From the human T2T-CHM13v2.0 reference genome, Homo sapiens: DNA of 64,000 nt. Shown piece after piece: positions 1 to 15,675 of this stretch. Within the stretch, counting starts at the first letter, position 1, and the number at the start of each line of letters is the position of its first letter. The position numbers and the translations under genes are program-made. The stretch lies in NCBI RefSeq assembly GCF_009914755.1, contig NC_060925.1; one strand, 5' to 3'. The notes under the pieces were generated by a model. That model saw only the letters and a list, made by a program, of their open reading frames with translations. It had not been told where the DNA came from and ran no database searches.

Positions 1-202
1 ACCTGCCTTTACTCAGTGGAAGGTAAAGGGAATAGAAGTGGGGAATCAAAAGTCAGAATCAAAAGGGAACAGGGATTGAGAAAAGACAAAGAGAACAGGG
101 AGCACTGAGGACAGGAGCAGCTGATTTATGGGATGACAATGAAAGCAAAGGTCAGGGATGAGTCCTTCTAAATTCTGAGTCTCTCCCTTACTTTACCCAC
201 AG

Positions 203-781
203 GAGGTGGAAACTTCAAGTGCTGGATTTGCGGGATGTTGACGAGAATTTCTGGGCCAGATGGCCTGGAGCCTGGGCCCTGTCCTGCTTCCCAGAGACCA
301 CGAGTAAGAGGCAGACAGCAGAGGACTGTCCAAGGATGGGAGAGCACCAGCCCTTAAAGGTGTTCATAGACATCTGCCTCAAGGAAATACCCCAGGATGA
401 ATGCCTGAGATACCTCTTCCAGTGGGTTTACCAAAGGAGAGGTTTAGTACACCTGTGCTGTAGTAAGCTGGTCAATTATCTAACGCCGATTAAATATCTC
501 AGAAAGTCATTGAAAATAATATACCTGAATAGTATTCAAGAGCTGGAAATTCGCAACATGTCCTGGCCACGTCTGATAAGAAAGCTTCGTTGTTACCTGA
601 AGGAGATGAAGAATCTTCGCAAACTCGTTTTCTCCAGGTGCCATCATTACACGTCAGATAATGAACTCCAAGGACGGTTAGTTGCCAAATTCAGCTCTGT
701 GTTCCTCAGGCTGGAACACCTTCAGTTGCTTAAAATAAAATTGATCACCTTCTTCAGTGGGCACCTGGAACAGCTGATCAG
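203..781 (+). CDS. PRAMEF1: PRAME family member 1, internal coding exon (exon 3 of 4); gene 5' end lies upstream of the window
   Basis: Acceptor tttacccacAG (201-202), donor CAG|gtgaga (782-783). 579 nt, phase 2 at both ends, reads [17 protein letters not shown]...GHLEQLIR (PRAME LRR region). Protein matches PRAMEF1 as I recall it; close paralogs exist. Confidence 0.9.
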
Positions 782-1725
782 GTGAGAAAGGATCATGCAC
801 TTTGTATGCAGACCACAGCATAGCCTTGTTCTGTAACAGCAAACATTAGAAGGCATGTACTGTGTGCCAGCCAGTGGCAACGTCACAGTGAAGGGGACAT
901 CAGAATGTCAACACATTGTCCCATTCAGTGTTCCATGTCCTGGAGTGGCTATCACAGGATCGCTCCAATAAGGGGAGAGGGGTCACCTGGGGTAGAAGCT
1001 AGAGAGGGACATCATGTACAAGCTAGTTAGTGGGGGTTTCAGCTCTATTGGGGGTGCACGTGTGAATTTCCTGTTACAAAGTGTGTTTCAAGTTGATATG
1101 ATGTCAAAGAGATAATAGAGGAGGGTATGAAAGGAGGGAAAGCGCATCAAACCTGTCCATTTCACAATAGAACGTCTGTCCTCACCGGCTTAGTGATCAC
1201 GAATGATCCTGTCTCTGATTCCCTGTTTGTAAAAGGTTGTTTTGAACTCCAGGAAAGGTAATTGACATGGGAAATGCGTGCTTCCGGGATGGAGGTGAGG
1301 GAGTAGGCGTGAGAGTGGTAAAAAGTGACAGTTGGTTTGCAGATGCAGGCATGTCAGGGAGCCCCTGCTGACATGTAGCTCTAGCTGATGTCCCTAGACC
1401 TTGCTCAGTTGAGTTCTTTGTTCACATCTCCCACCGGGTACCTGTGGCCCAGAGATGAAGTTTTCTGCTAAAAGATGAAAAAAAAAAGGCTTTAGAGATT
1501 TTATGGCCTTGAACCAATCACACAAGCAATGGTGAAAGGGCTGAGGCTAAAATGGGACAGCCCCTGAACGATCAGGGTCCTCATCATGCAGCAACTTCCA
1601 TGAGGACCATCATCAGATGGTGGGAACAAACTTGTGTTTGTTTGACGCAGGCATTTTCCTAGATGAAGGCACTACCTTCATCTAACTGGTATCACTGCCC
1701 AGAACTAACTTCTTGATCTCCACAG

Positions 1726-2284
1726 GTGCCTCCAGAACCCCTTGGAGAACTTGGAATTAACTTATGGCTACCTATTGGAAGAAGACATGAAGTGTCTCTC
1801 CCAGTACCCAAGCCTCGGTTACCTAAAGCATCTGAATCTCAGCTACGTGCTGCTGTTCCGCATCAGTCTTGAACCCCTCGGAGCTCTGCTGGAGAAAATT
1901 GCTGCCTCTCTCAAAACCCTCATCTTGGAGGGCTGTCAGATCCACTACTCCCAACTCAGTGCCATCCTGCCTGGCCTGAGCCGCTGCTCCCAGCTCACCA
2001 CCTTCTACTTTGGCAGAAATTGCATGTCTATTGACGCCCTGAAGGACCTGCTGCGCCACACCAGTGGGCTGAGCAAGTTAAGCCTGGAGACGTATCCTGC
2101 CCCTGAGGAGAGTTTGAATTCCTTGGTTCGTGTCAATTGGGAGATCTTCACCCCACTTCGGGCTGAGCTGATGTGTACACTGAGGGAAGTCAGGCAGCCC
2201 AAGAGGATCTTCATTGGCCCCACCCCCTGCCCTTCCTGTGGCTCATCACCGTCTGAGGAACTGGAGCTCCATCTTTGCTGCTAG
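1726..2284 (+). CDS. PRAMEF1: PRAMEF1 last coding exon (exon 4)
   Basis: Acceptor ctccacAG (1724-1725), in frame with the previous exon ([10 protein letters not shown]...). Ends [21 protein letters not shown]. Confidence 0.9.
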
Positions 2285-2430
2285 GGAAGGCGTGCCCAGT
2301 GGGGTAGAGAAATCCAAAGTTCTCTTCCAGGCACTTGGACACTAAAATCTACTATGTGGGTGCAAACTATTTTTCTCTTTTCTTATTTATTTCATTTTTT
2401 AATAATTCCAAAATTTTTATTAAAGACAAT

Positions 2431-2548
2431 TTGAGACAGGGTTTCGCTGTGTTGCTCCAGCTGGTCTCAAACTGCTGGGCTTATGGGATCCTCCTGCCTC
2501 AGCTTCCTAAAGTGCTGGGATTACTGGCATGAGTGACTGTGTCCAGGC
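2431..2548 (-). mobile_element. FLAM/Alu monomer in PRAMEF1 3' UTR
   Basis: gagacagggtttcgctgtgttg...aaagtgctgggattactggcatgag; single monomer. Confidence 0.75.
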
Positions 2549-2750
2549 CACATGCAACTTAAAGGAAGCACAGGCAAGTGTTCAGTGTGAGGGAAAAAAC
2601 ATAACAGCAGGGGGCAAGGTTGGAGGAAAATGTTGAGGTGACATCAGTGAGAACTTCAGGGACCCGTGTCCTAGAGTCGGAAAGAGAAGCTAAAGTTCTA
2701 CAGTGATGAGACTGTTATCCCTGCAAGGATGGTTACCAAGGAATATCAGC

Positions 2751-2901
2751 AATAAAGAGCACCTGAATGAAAACTTTTAACCTGTTGTGCAATTTATCCA
2801 TCAGAAATCTCTAGTTATCGAGTTACGGATGGAAAAATAACGAAATACTAATTTGTCTGTGATTGAGTTTCAGTTGTAGAACATCAAAGCAACCAAATAA
2901 A
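2751..2901 (+). terminator. Candidate polyadenylation signals of PRAMEF1
   Basis: AATAAA at 2751-2756 (same context as the pseudogene signal at 43493-43498) and at 2896-2901. Confidence 0.55.
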
Positions 2902-2939
2902 AATTAGATCATTTTGAGTATTTCCCACCCATTCTTGTT

Positions 2940-3228
2940 CTTTGTTTTGTTTTGGAGACAAAATCTCAGTTTGTCATTTAGGCTGGAGTGCGATGGTGCA
3001 ATCTGGGCTCACTGCAATCCTGTCCTTCAGGGCTCAAGTGATTCTCGTGCCTCAACCACTCAAATGGCTGGGACTGCAGGCATATTCCACCAAGCCTGGG
3101 TGATTTTTGTATTTTTAATAAAGATGGGATTTTTCCATGTTGATCAGCCTGGTCTCAAGATCCTGTCTTCGAGTGATCCACCAACCTTGGCCTCCCAAAG
3201 TGCTGGGAAAACAGGTGTGCAGATGATC
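2940..3228 (-). mobile_element. Old Alu (AluJ-like)
   Basis: Dimeric Alu flanked by the direct repeat ccacccattctt. Confidence 0.8.
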
Positions 3229-3924
3229 TCCACCCATTCTTTACTTCTCTTCAGTCATCAGTTTTTTTCTTCCTTTTTTTGCCTGCAGGGAGCAGCTCGG
3301 TCAGGCACAAAGGGACAGGCAGAGAGGGGCCCCAAGGAGAAGATAGGAATGGGGTGGTGCCCCGCTCGCACAAGAAGTGTGGATGCCAGGCCCAGAAAAC
3401 AGAGCTGGGGCCATCCATCAGGGGGCCAGGGTGAGAAGCACAAGTGGCACCTGCTTCAAGGTCCTGTTGAGCTATCTGGCCACTGTGCCCATCCTGTTAA
3501 CAGTGTCAAGCTCCTGGGTCTTGAAGGGAGGTTCCATGCGGATCCACCCCAGGCTGTTTTTCCAAGATCTGCCCCCTGTAGGGGAGACCATGGAGTCTGA
3601 TTGCTGGGCCTGGGAACCACGAACCACTCCTGGAGGCCCCCCCCTTGGCAGGGTCATGAGCCAGGCCTGTGCTCCATGTCCCTGAGGCAGCCAGCTGTGC
3701 CACCCACACCCTCTCATGGCAAAATGGAACCTGGACCCAGGTCTGGAGTCTCCACCACAGCCTCTACCTCACTGCCCACTGCCTGCTGTTAGCCTGCAAG
3801 CTCCTGGATGATAGTGCAGTTGGGGCTGGTTAAACCACACCCAGGAGCATTGGGTTTGTTTGTGCGGGGTTGGTCAGAGCTGCTGTGAACCTGCATCTCA
3901 CCTGTCCTCTCTGTGGGGAAACAC

Positions 3925-5560
3925 AGAGAGAGGGCACAGCCAAGGCTGCGTACACTTCGGAGCTGATGGGAGCCTGGGACAAGAGGGAGTCCTGGTCCTC
4001 TCGAGTTGGCAGGGCAGCAGCTCCAAAGGTGCAACTGAATCTGCCCAGGTCACAGTTACCAACTGAGGTCCCCCAGTGCTCTTGAGGGCCCAGGAGATCC
4101 CCACTTCTCCTTCAGCTTCAGGGTGTCTGTTCCCACTGCCTGGTCTCTCATGGCGCCTGCCCTAATTTTGGGGTGTGGTTGTGGTCGAGCCTGGATGCTG
4201 TCACAGCCCAGGTGGGTCTGTGAACATTTTGGTCAGTGCATATACAGCATCCCATGGCTGCCTTGAACCCTCTGGACTTTGGGCCCTGATGAGTATAGAA
4301 GGGGGGCTGAGGGGGGATTGCGGACAGATCAGCGCTGGTCTTTGGATGCTCCTTGGTACAAGTGACTTGGGCAACATGGTTGGTGGTGGGAGGGAGGCAG
4401 AATCTTGGACAGGAAGGTGAGGGTCACTGGTGAGGCTCCACCTTCTGACCAAGGAGGGCCTGAAGCCCGTAGGCTAGGCCACCAGTCCTACGGACCAGAA
4501 TGGGAACATATGTTGCCTTTTCTGTGCCTGCTCATGGCCACCTATGACCCAATGAGCACATACTTTTCTCCAGTCTGATGCTGGAAAAACCCCAGACTCA
4601 GGGAGAACATCAGGAAGACCAGTGGCAGAGAGGAACTACCCACTACTGGGATGATTTTCCTGCAGAGACAAGCAACCCACTCTGGGTCTTTTTCTCTGCT
4701 GAGAGCTGTAGAGATGATGAGATGACTTTCCTGCAGAGAGCAGCAACCCACTCCAGGGCCTCCTCTCTACTGAGAGCAGTGGTGATGATGGAATAACCTG
4801 CCAGGAGAGAGGGGTCACCCACTCCAGCGCCTCCTGTCTGCTCAGAGCTGAACACTCATCAGGACACCCTAGCTGCAGAAAGAAGTTACCCACTGTGGGT
4901 CTCTGAGCTGTTCTATTGCTCAGTAAAGCTCCTCTTTATCTCACTCACCCTCCACTTGTCTGCATAATTCATTCTTCCTGGTCACAGAACAAGAACTTGG
5001 GACCCGCCTAATGGTGGGACTAAAAGAGCAATAACACAAACAAAGCTGAAACACAGCCCTTGCTCACCAAGTTGTAGGTGAAGAGAAAAAGAGAAGAGCT
5101 ACTAATCTTCCAGGAGCCCAGACATGGGAGCTTCCTGAGCCAGGGCTGTTACTCCTTTCTGGGGGTTCTGCAGTTACTGGCATTTCCAAGCTTTCAGTAT
5201 TGGTGTCACTGTGTATTCCAGTGACAACCATGGAAGCTGCTTGTGCTGTGCCTGGTTCATTTGCAGCCTTGACGAAATCTGGCACCCGTGCTGGCACCTG
5301 GAGCTGCCTGCCCCACTGCTGCAGCAGCAGCCAGTGACTGTCCAAAGTGGCCAGACCCCCTGCTCACTCACACACCCCTCACTGCTCTACCCCTGACCTG
5401 CCCTTAATAGGCATGTGCTCCAGGCCTAAAACATGAGTCAAGCATAGTCTACTAGGCTGCATGGGCAGAACGAACCCAGTGATCCCCATCAAAACTCTGG
5501 CAAAGGTGCCCCCAGCCACAGAGGTTTCTGGCCAGAAAAGTCACATTCCAAGGATTCCAG
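3925..5560 (+). mobile_element. ERV1-class long LTR, MER52-like
   Basis: Repeated cctgcagagag...acccactc motifs, agtaaagctcctc signal and 3' end cagaggtttctggccagaaaagtcacattccaaggattcc resemble MER52. Confidence 0.7.
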
Positions 5561-6893
5561 AAGAGAAAATTACTTAAACACAAAGAAAGACAATAAGAAA
5601 AGGATGGAAGAGAGAAGTCTCTAAACAACCAAAAAAACAAGAAATGAAATGGGAGTACTAAGCCTTTATCAATAAAAACAATGAATATAATTTATCTCAC
5701 TTCTGCAAGTGAAAGGCATAGGGTCTTTGAATGAGTAAAAAAATAAGACCCTACTATATGCTGTTTTCCAGAAACTCACTTCACCTATAAGGATACATGT
5801 AGATGGAAAGTGAAGGGGTAGAATAAAGTATTCCATGCAACTGGAAACCAAAAAACAGCACGAGCATCTGTACTTATGTCAGGTAAAATAGATGCCAAAT
5901 CTCAGAACGCACTCAGGTAAAACAGAATACAAATCTAAGCTTGTAAAATAATGGACTACACTTACACAAACTATGCCTAGAAAGAACATACATCAAAATA
6001 ATAGAAGCCAAAAATGACAAATCCATATGCAACATCATATTGAATGAAGAAATGTTGAAAGTATTCCCACTAAGAACCAGAAGAAGACAAAAATGCTCAC
6101 TTTATCCACTTGTAATCAACATAGGACTGAAAGTTTTTGTCAGAGCAATCTGGTAAGCAAAAGAAATAAAGGACATTTAAATTGGAAAGAAGGAAGTGAA
6201 ACTACCTGTGTTTGCCAATGATATGATCGTATGTGCTTAGAAAACCTGAAAGATTCCACCAAAAGACTCGTAGATGAGATAAATGAATTCACTTAAGTCT
6301 CAGGTCCAAAATCTGTATGTACAAATCAGTAACACCCTTTTATACCAACAACAAGCAAGCTGAGAATCAAATGAAGAACTCCATCCCTTTACAATAGTTG
6401 CAAAACAACAACAAAAACTGACAATAACAAAAACAACCTAGGAATACACTTAACCATTAGGTACAGGATCTCTACAAGGAGAACTACAAGACACTGCTGA
6501 AAAAAATCATAGATGACAAAAAAGGAGAAAAACGTCCCATGCTGATGGATTGACAGACACAATATCGTGAAAATGACCACACTGCCCAAAGCAATCTAAA
6601 AATTGCGAACATCAAACATCAATCTAAAAATTGCATACACCAAAATACAAACATCATTTCCACAGGATTACAAAAAGAATCCTAAAATTCATTTGGAGCC
6701 AAAAAAGAGGCTAAAGAGCCAAAGCAATCCTAAGCAAAATGAACAAATGTGGAGGCATCACATTACCTGACTTCAATTTATATGGTAAGGCAATAGTAAG
6801 CAAAACTGCATGGTGCCAGTATGAAGGTCAAGACATAGACCAATGGAACAGAATAGAGAACCCAGAATAAAGCCATATACTTACAACCCAGTG
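5561..6893 (+). mobile_element. Old degraded L1 (L1M/L1PB-type) ORF2 fragments
   Basis: Degenerate endonuclease start (atatgctgttttccagaaactcacttcacc) and RT region (tttgccaatgatatgatc, ggaggcatcacattacctgacttc). Confidence 0.75.
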
Positions 6894-7319
6894 GTAGGAC
6901 TGCTGTTTATCAGTTTGTGCTGAGTGATGTCCTTTGGAGAAATGGGGCCAAAGTTACTGGATTTTTCCCCCAAGAAAAACCAGAGTGAATTGTAATATCC
7001 GGTGTGATTTTTAGACTCTGACTATTGCCATAGTGATTAGGTCATCTCCAGGTACCCAGAGACTCAATCACCAACCAGTGTCCACATTCTTGTCATCGCT
7101 GCAAGAAAGAGTTTAGGAAGTAGGCAGAATGAAGCAAAAGGCAAGAAGTGTCTATTGCAAAGCAAAGGTAGATACTCAAGAGAGGGCCAATTCAGGAGAG
7201 TGAGTTGTGTACAAGGGAGTTTGGGTTTCTAATTTTATAGGATCTCTAAGGAGAGGTTGAAATAATCGTTAGGATTTTAAGAAAAAATGGTGAAGTTTTC
7301 TTAGAACTGAAGTGTCACC

Positions 7320-7638
7320 TATTATTTATTTATGTATTTATTTATTTATTTATTTATGTTTTGAGATGGAGTTTCGCTCTTGTTGCCCAGGCTGGAGTGC
7401 AATGATCTTGGCTTACTGCAACCTCTGCCTCCTGGGTTCAACCAATTCTCCTGCCTCAGCCTCTGGAGTAGCTGGGATTACAGACATCTGCCACCACACT
7501 CGGCTAATTTTGTATTTTTAGTAGAGACGAGATTTCTCCATGTTGGTCAGGATGGTCTCAAACTCCCGACCTCAGGTGATCCACCCACCTTGGGCTCCCA
7601 AAGTGTTGGGATTACAGGTATGAGCCACTGGGCCTGGC
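7320..7638 (-). mobile_element. AluS-type element with (TTTA)n tail
   Basis: Full dimeric Alu consensus. Confidence 0.9.
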
Positions 7639-7949
7639 TAGGTTTCACCTGTTTTTGTACTAAATATGGGCATTCTCAGAACCGTCCTGGCGCTGGTGTG
7701 TGATTTACTGTCATAATGGGTGTATAATTAGGCCTGGGGTAGGGCAAGGGTCAAACCCAGTGCCATGTCTGACCAATTCAGTGTCAGCCAGCTTAGCCCC
7801 GTCCTGCTTGTTTGGGTCTTATTGGTCAAGGCTTATCCTTATTCTTGTAGCTAATTTTACAAGCTCTTCTCTTGCTGCTGTATGAAATCACTGCTTGATA
7901 TTTTCATGCTTCTCCTGTGACCAGCCAGCTTTCCTATTTTATGGGTATT

Positions 7950-11793
<3,844 letters not shown>

Positions 11794-12089
11794 GGGTGTT
11801 TCTTTAATTAGAAGGTAGAATAGTCATTAGATATTCCAGGAAAGCAGAGGATTTCAGAGACTTGAAATTACCACCCCTTTCTTCCTTCTTTGGGTTTCTT
11901 TGGAAGAATCTTGGACAAGTCACTCTGACCGGGACTTTTGCCATTTTCTGGCTCTTATATTGAGTTTTGTTTTACCTTGTGTTCCTTTGCTGAGTTCTTA
12001 TTTTATCTTTGCAGTTTTCCGTCTTCCTGAGACCAATCACTGGTATTCCTATGTGATGCCCATAAGGTTTTTTTCGTCTATTTTATAAA

Positions 12090-12345
12090 AATTTTATTAA
12101 TAAAAATTGTATCTGTTCATGGGGTACAGTATGATGTTTTGATATATTCATACTCTACAATGTGGAATAGTGAAATCAAGCTATTTGGCATTCCTACCAC
12201 TTCACATTCTTACTCTTTTTATGGGGAGACATTTAAAATTTACTGTCTCAGTATTTTCAATTATATAATATATTATTACTAACTATAGTCACCTTACTAT
12301 GCTATAGATATTCAACTCACTCCTCCTTTCTAACTGAAACTCTAT
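12090..12345 (-). mobile_element. L1MA-type 3' end fragment
   Basis: ggggtacagtatgatgttttgata...taactatagtcacc...ctaactgaaact pattern. Confidence 0.7.
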
Positions 12346-14924
12346 TTTTTAAAACATTATGCCAACACATATCTGGACACATTTGGCTTTTGGGATCCTA
12401 CCCTCTCCTCTGAGATAGGAGAACAGTGCAGTGTGCCCTGTGGCCAGACCCAGAATGATCCTGATGGAATTAGAAAAGAAACTGCACCTCTTTCCTCTTC
12501 CAGATCTGATGTTGACCTTAGTTGAAGGTCTGGGATTTGAAAACTGCTGGGATTGGAATCCTGGCTCTCACCTTACTCCCACCTACACCAGTAGGATATA
12601 TAGTCCATGGGAAGCATCTGGGAACATCTATCGTGTGAGTCCTAAGAATGAATAAATTGTATACACCTTTACAATTTTATTGAACAGGGTTATTTCATGA
12701 GTGTTATATTGTTCTTGGGTTTTTTTCTCTTAATAACATAAATGCCTTGAATTTAAAATGTCCTACAAAGACCTTGAGTCGTTGTCTTCATGCTGGCTTT
12801 TCACTTACTCTTCCCAACTTCGCTGAGTCAAGACCAAACTCTAGGAGGTGCTGTCAACCCATCGCTTTTCCTCAGGCCTCACACCCACTCCTGAAACCAT
12901 AAGAGCAAGTCACATTGACTCTACCTCCAGGATGTCCCCAGGCTGTCTGCAGCCACACCAGGTGATGCCAAGACCTCCTGCCTGGGCATTGCAGTGGCCA
13001 CCTTATTGTTGCCCCTGCCTCCTGGTTACCTCTCTCAGGGATCAAAGTCCTCCGGGCCATAATGGGGAACTGGAAAACAGGCCTCAGGTGGCCTCACCAC
13101 CCCAGTCCAAAACTGCCAATGACTCCTGTGCCACCCCTGCCTCTGACTGCACCTCTCCAGCCTCATCTGCCTGTGCCACTTCACGACATGCCACTTTCAA
13201 CCCTGGTCTTCTCATTCTGTCTGTTCCCCCTAAGTCCATGAGTTAGAGGCTGTGTTCATTTATGTGCGTTCTGAGTTGGTTTCCACTTTAGGAAAAATGC
13301 TGGGCGAATGGGGCAGGGGGTGGCTGATGTCTCTAGGTCTCAGGTGAGTAGAAGGGAGGCTTTTATCAACTGGGTTCTGTGAGAGAACCCCAGGCCCAGA
13401 GGGCATCTCTGCAATGACTTCATGGTATGTACATATATGTGTATGTGGTGTGAGCACTTAGAAAGTCACAACCCTCCAGGATGGAGCTGGCCTCATATAG
13501 ATTAAGATGTTTTGCACTTGGCAGATAAATGTAAAATACCTCATGTCCCTGGCTGGGCAAATCCCCCAGGAGTCCAGCAAGAAGACATGGGATCTGTGGA
13601 CAGGAGGCCACTGTGTGAAACCTCTCATTTGAGTATCATTTTAAAAGTTGCACTTGAGACCCTGAGTGCCCTATGTCCTTCCCACTCACCAAAGAACCCC
13701 AGCTGAGCCAGCCCTGACTCCAGACACAAGAGCCCAGGGAGGAGCTGGGAGAGAAGGACACCCGCTGTGACCTCAGGGCATGGAAGGAGCTCTGACCTTT
13801 CTGTTGATGATGCCTTCCCCACTCCCAAGTGCTTCTGGCCCTGAAGCTTCCAGTGACCCCTGCGTTCCATCCATGCCCTCCTCTCTTACCTCCAACCCTG
13901 CTTCTTCTAAAGTCCCATGCATTTGTCTGCATGTGAGTGCCCCAGTCTCAGGCTCTGGCAGTGGCTAAGAGGCTCGGGGTTCCTGTGCCTGTCTGGAGGC
14001 AACCTCACTCTATGTGGACCCACGTGGGTTCTTGGATTTCTTTCTTCACCGGGTCCCCTGCAAGTATACAGTAGATGCATCAACTCTAGAAGAGCAAATG
14101 GTGATGAGTGAAGACCCAGAACCGTCTCAGGCATGCACATGGAAAGAGAGAGAGCGGTCCCTGGAAGCACAGGCCTGGGGGTGGTTCCTGGGCACTTCTG
14201 TCTCCTCTAATAAAAGAGGTCAGTGACTTTGGCCACAGAATACACATCCACTTCTCATGGGTTCATATCCAAAGAACAAACTCCTTCAGACTCGCTGGTC
14301 CATGCACTCGAGATCCCCAGGGTATCTTGAGTTATTATGTCAAAAGGAGAGAGAAACCAGCTAACACTAGTCCTAATACTTATACGAATACCAAGAGGGA
14401 TGTTTTCTTCTTGCTGTTCCAGGGAATGTGCTGAGTTAACACCTTTTTTCTTTTTATTGGAGCCGCTGTGGCAGGGAAGACAGTGGTGAGGGGCTTCCTT
14501 TGAGTAAAAAGCAGGTAAATTCAGCCCCTGCTTGCTCCACTGTCTGCCCCTCCAGGGCCTCTGTGTCCTGATGCAGAGTCCAGCCTGTTCTCACCAGGCT
14601 CGCATCCCTTATGCCAAGAGACCCACCAAAAAAGAAAGTCCCAAGAAACAGGAAGGAACACCACCAGCAAGAGACCTCACACTCACAGACCTCAGAGATA
14701 TTCATGGCCTGAGGGGCACAAAGGAGAGTGTGTTGGGAGCGGATCCCCACTTAGAAAGAAGCAAGACAGTGCCCCAAGGCCTGGAAGATGTCAGCTGCTT
14801 CCTCTGTGCTGTGCTGTGGGGAAGGCCATCACCGTTTTAACGCCTCTTGGTGAGTTTTTCCAAGGAAATAAAGCACTTGAATTCTTAGTATTTTGAATTA
14901 CGGTGCACTTAATAAATATTAACT

Positions 14925-15675
14925 TCTTTTTGTTTTGTTTTAAGATGGAGTCTGACTGTGTCACCCAGGCTGGAGTGCAAAGGCAAAATCTCGGCTCACT
15001 GCTACCTCTGGCTCCCTGGTTCAAGAGATTCTTCTGCCTCAGCCTCCTGAGTAGCTGGGATTACAGCCACCTGCCATCATGCCAACCTAATTTTTCTACT
15101 TTTGTGGAGATGGGGTTTCACTATGTTGGCTAGGCTGGTATGAATTGCTGACACCAGGTGATCTGCCCTCCTTGGCCTCCCAAGTGCTGGGATTATGGGC
15201 TGAGCCACCGCACCTGGACAATATTAACTTTTTTCTTTCATTCTCCTGTACATTTCTAATTGGCAGTGAGAGTAGTGAATGTTCTGACAAAGAGTGATGA
15301 AAGGATTTGGGATAACCATCATTTTCCACATGGATTATGAAGATGGCTTTGCAGGACATGGGGCTCCCCCCTGTAATCTCAGCACTTTGGGAGCTCAAAT
15401 TGGGAGGATGACTTGAGTACAGGCATTCAAGACCAGCCTGGGCAACAGTGAGACCTCGTCTCTACAAAAGATAAACAAAATGAGCCAGGCATGGTGGCAC
15501 ACACCTGCGTTTCCAGCAAATTGGGAGGCTGACATGGGAGGATTGCTTCAGCCTGAGAGGCTGAGCCTGCAGTGAGCTGAGATTGCACCACTGCACACCA
15601 GTCTTAGAAACAGAGTGAGGCCCTGTCTTTAAAAAGAAGAAACCAAAAAAAAAAAAAAAGAAAAAGAAAAGAAAA
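14925..15675. mobile_element. Two head-to-head Alus (14925-15218 minus with TSD aatattaactt; 15350-15675 plus)
   Basis: Alu consensus on both strands. Confidence 0.85.

Noticed and set aside
219-785. ORF-track starts and stops as gene limits (also 1742, 31531, 33826, 34901)
   Set aside because: They are GTG/TTG or intronic codons; true limits are the splice sites given above.
2914-3600. 228-aa ORF and the many other ORFs containing [16 protein letters not shown] or [10 protein letters not shown]
   Set aside because: Alu read-through frames with no gene structure.
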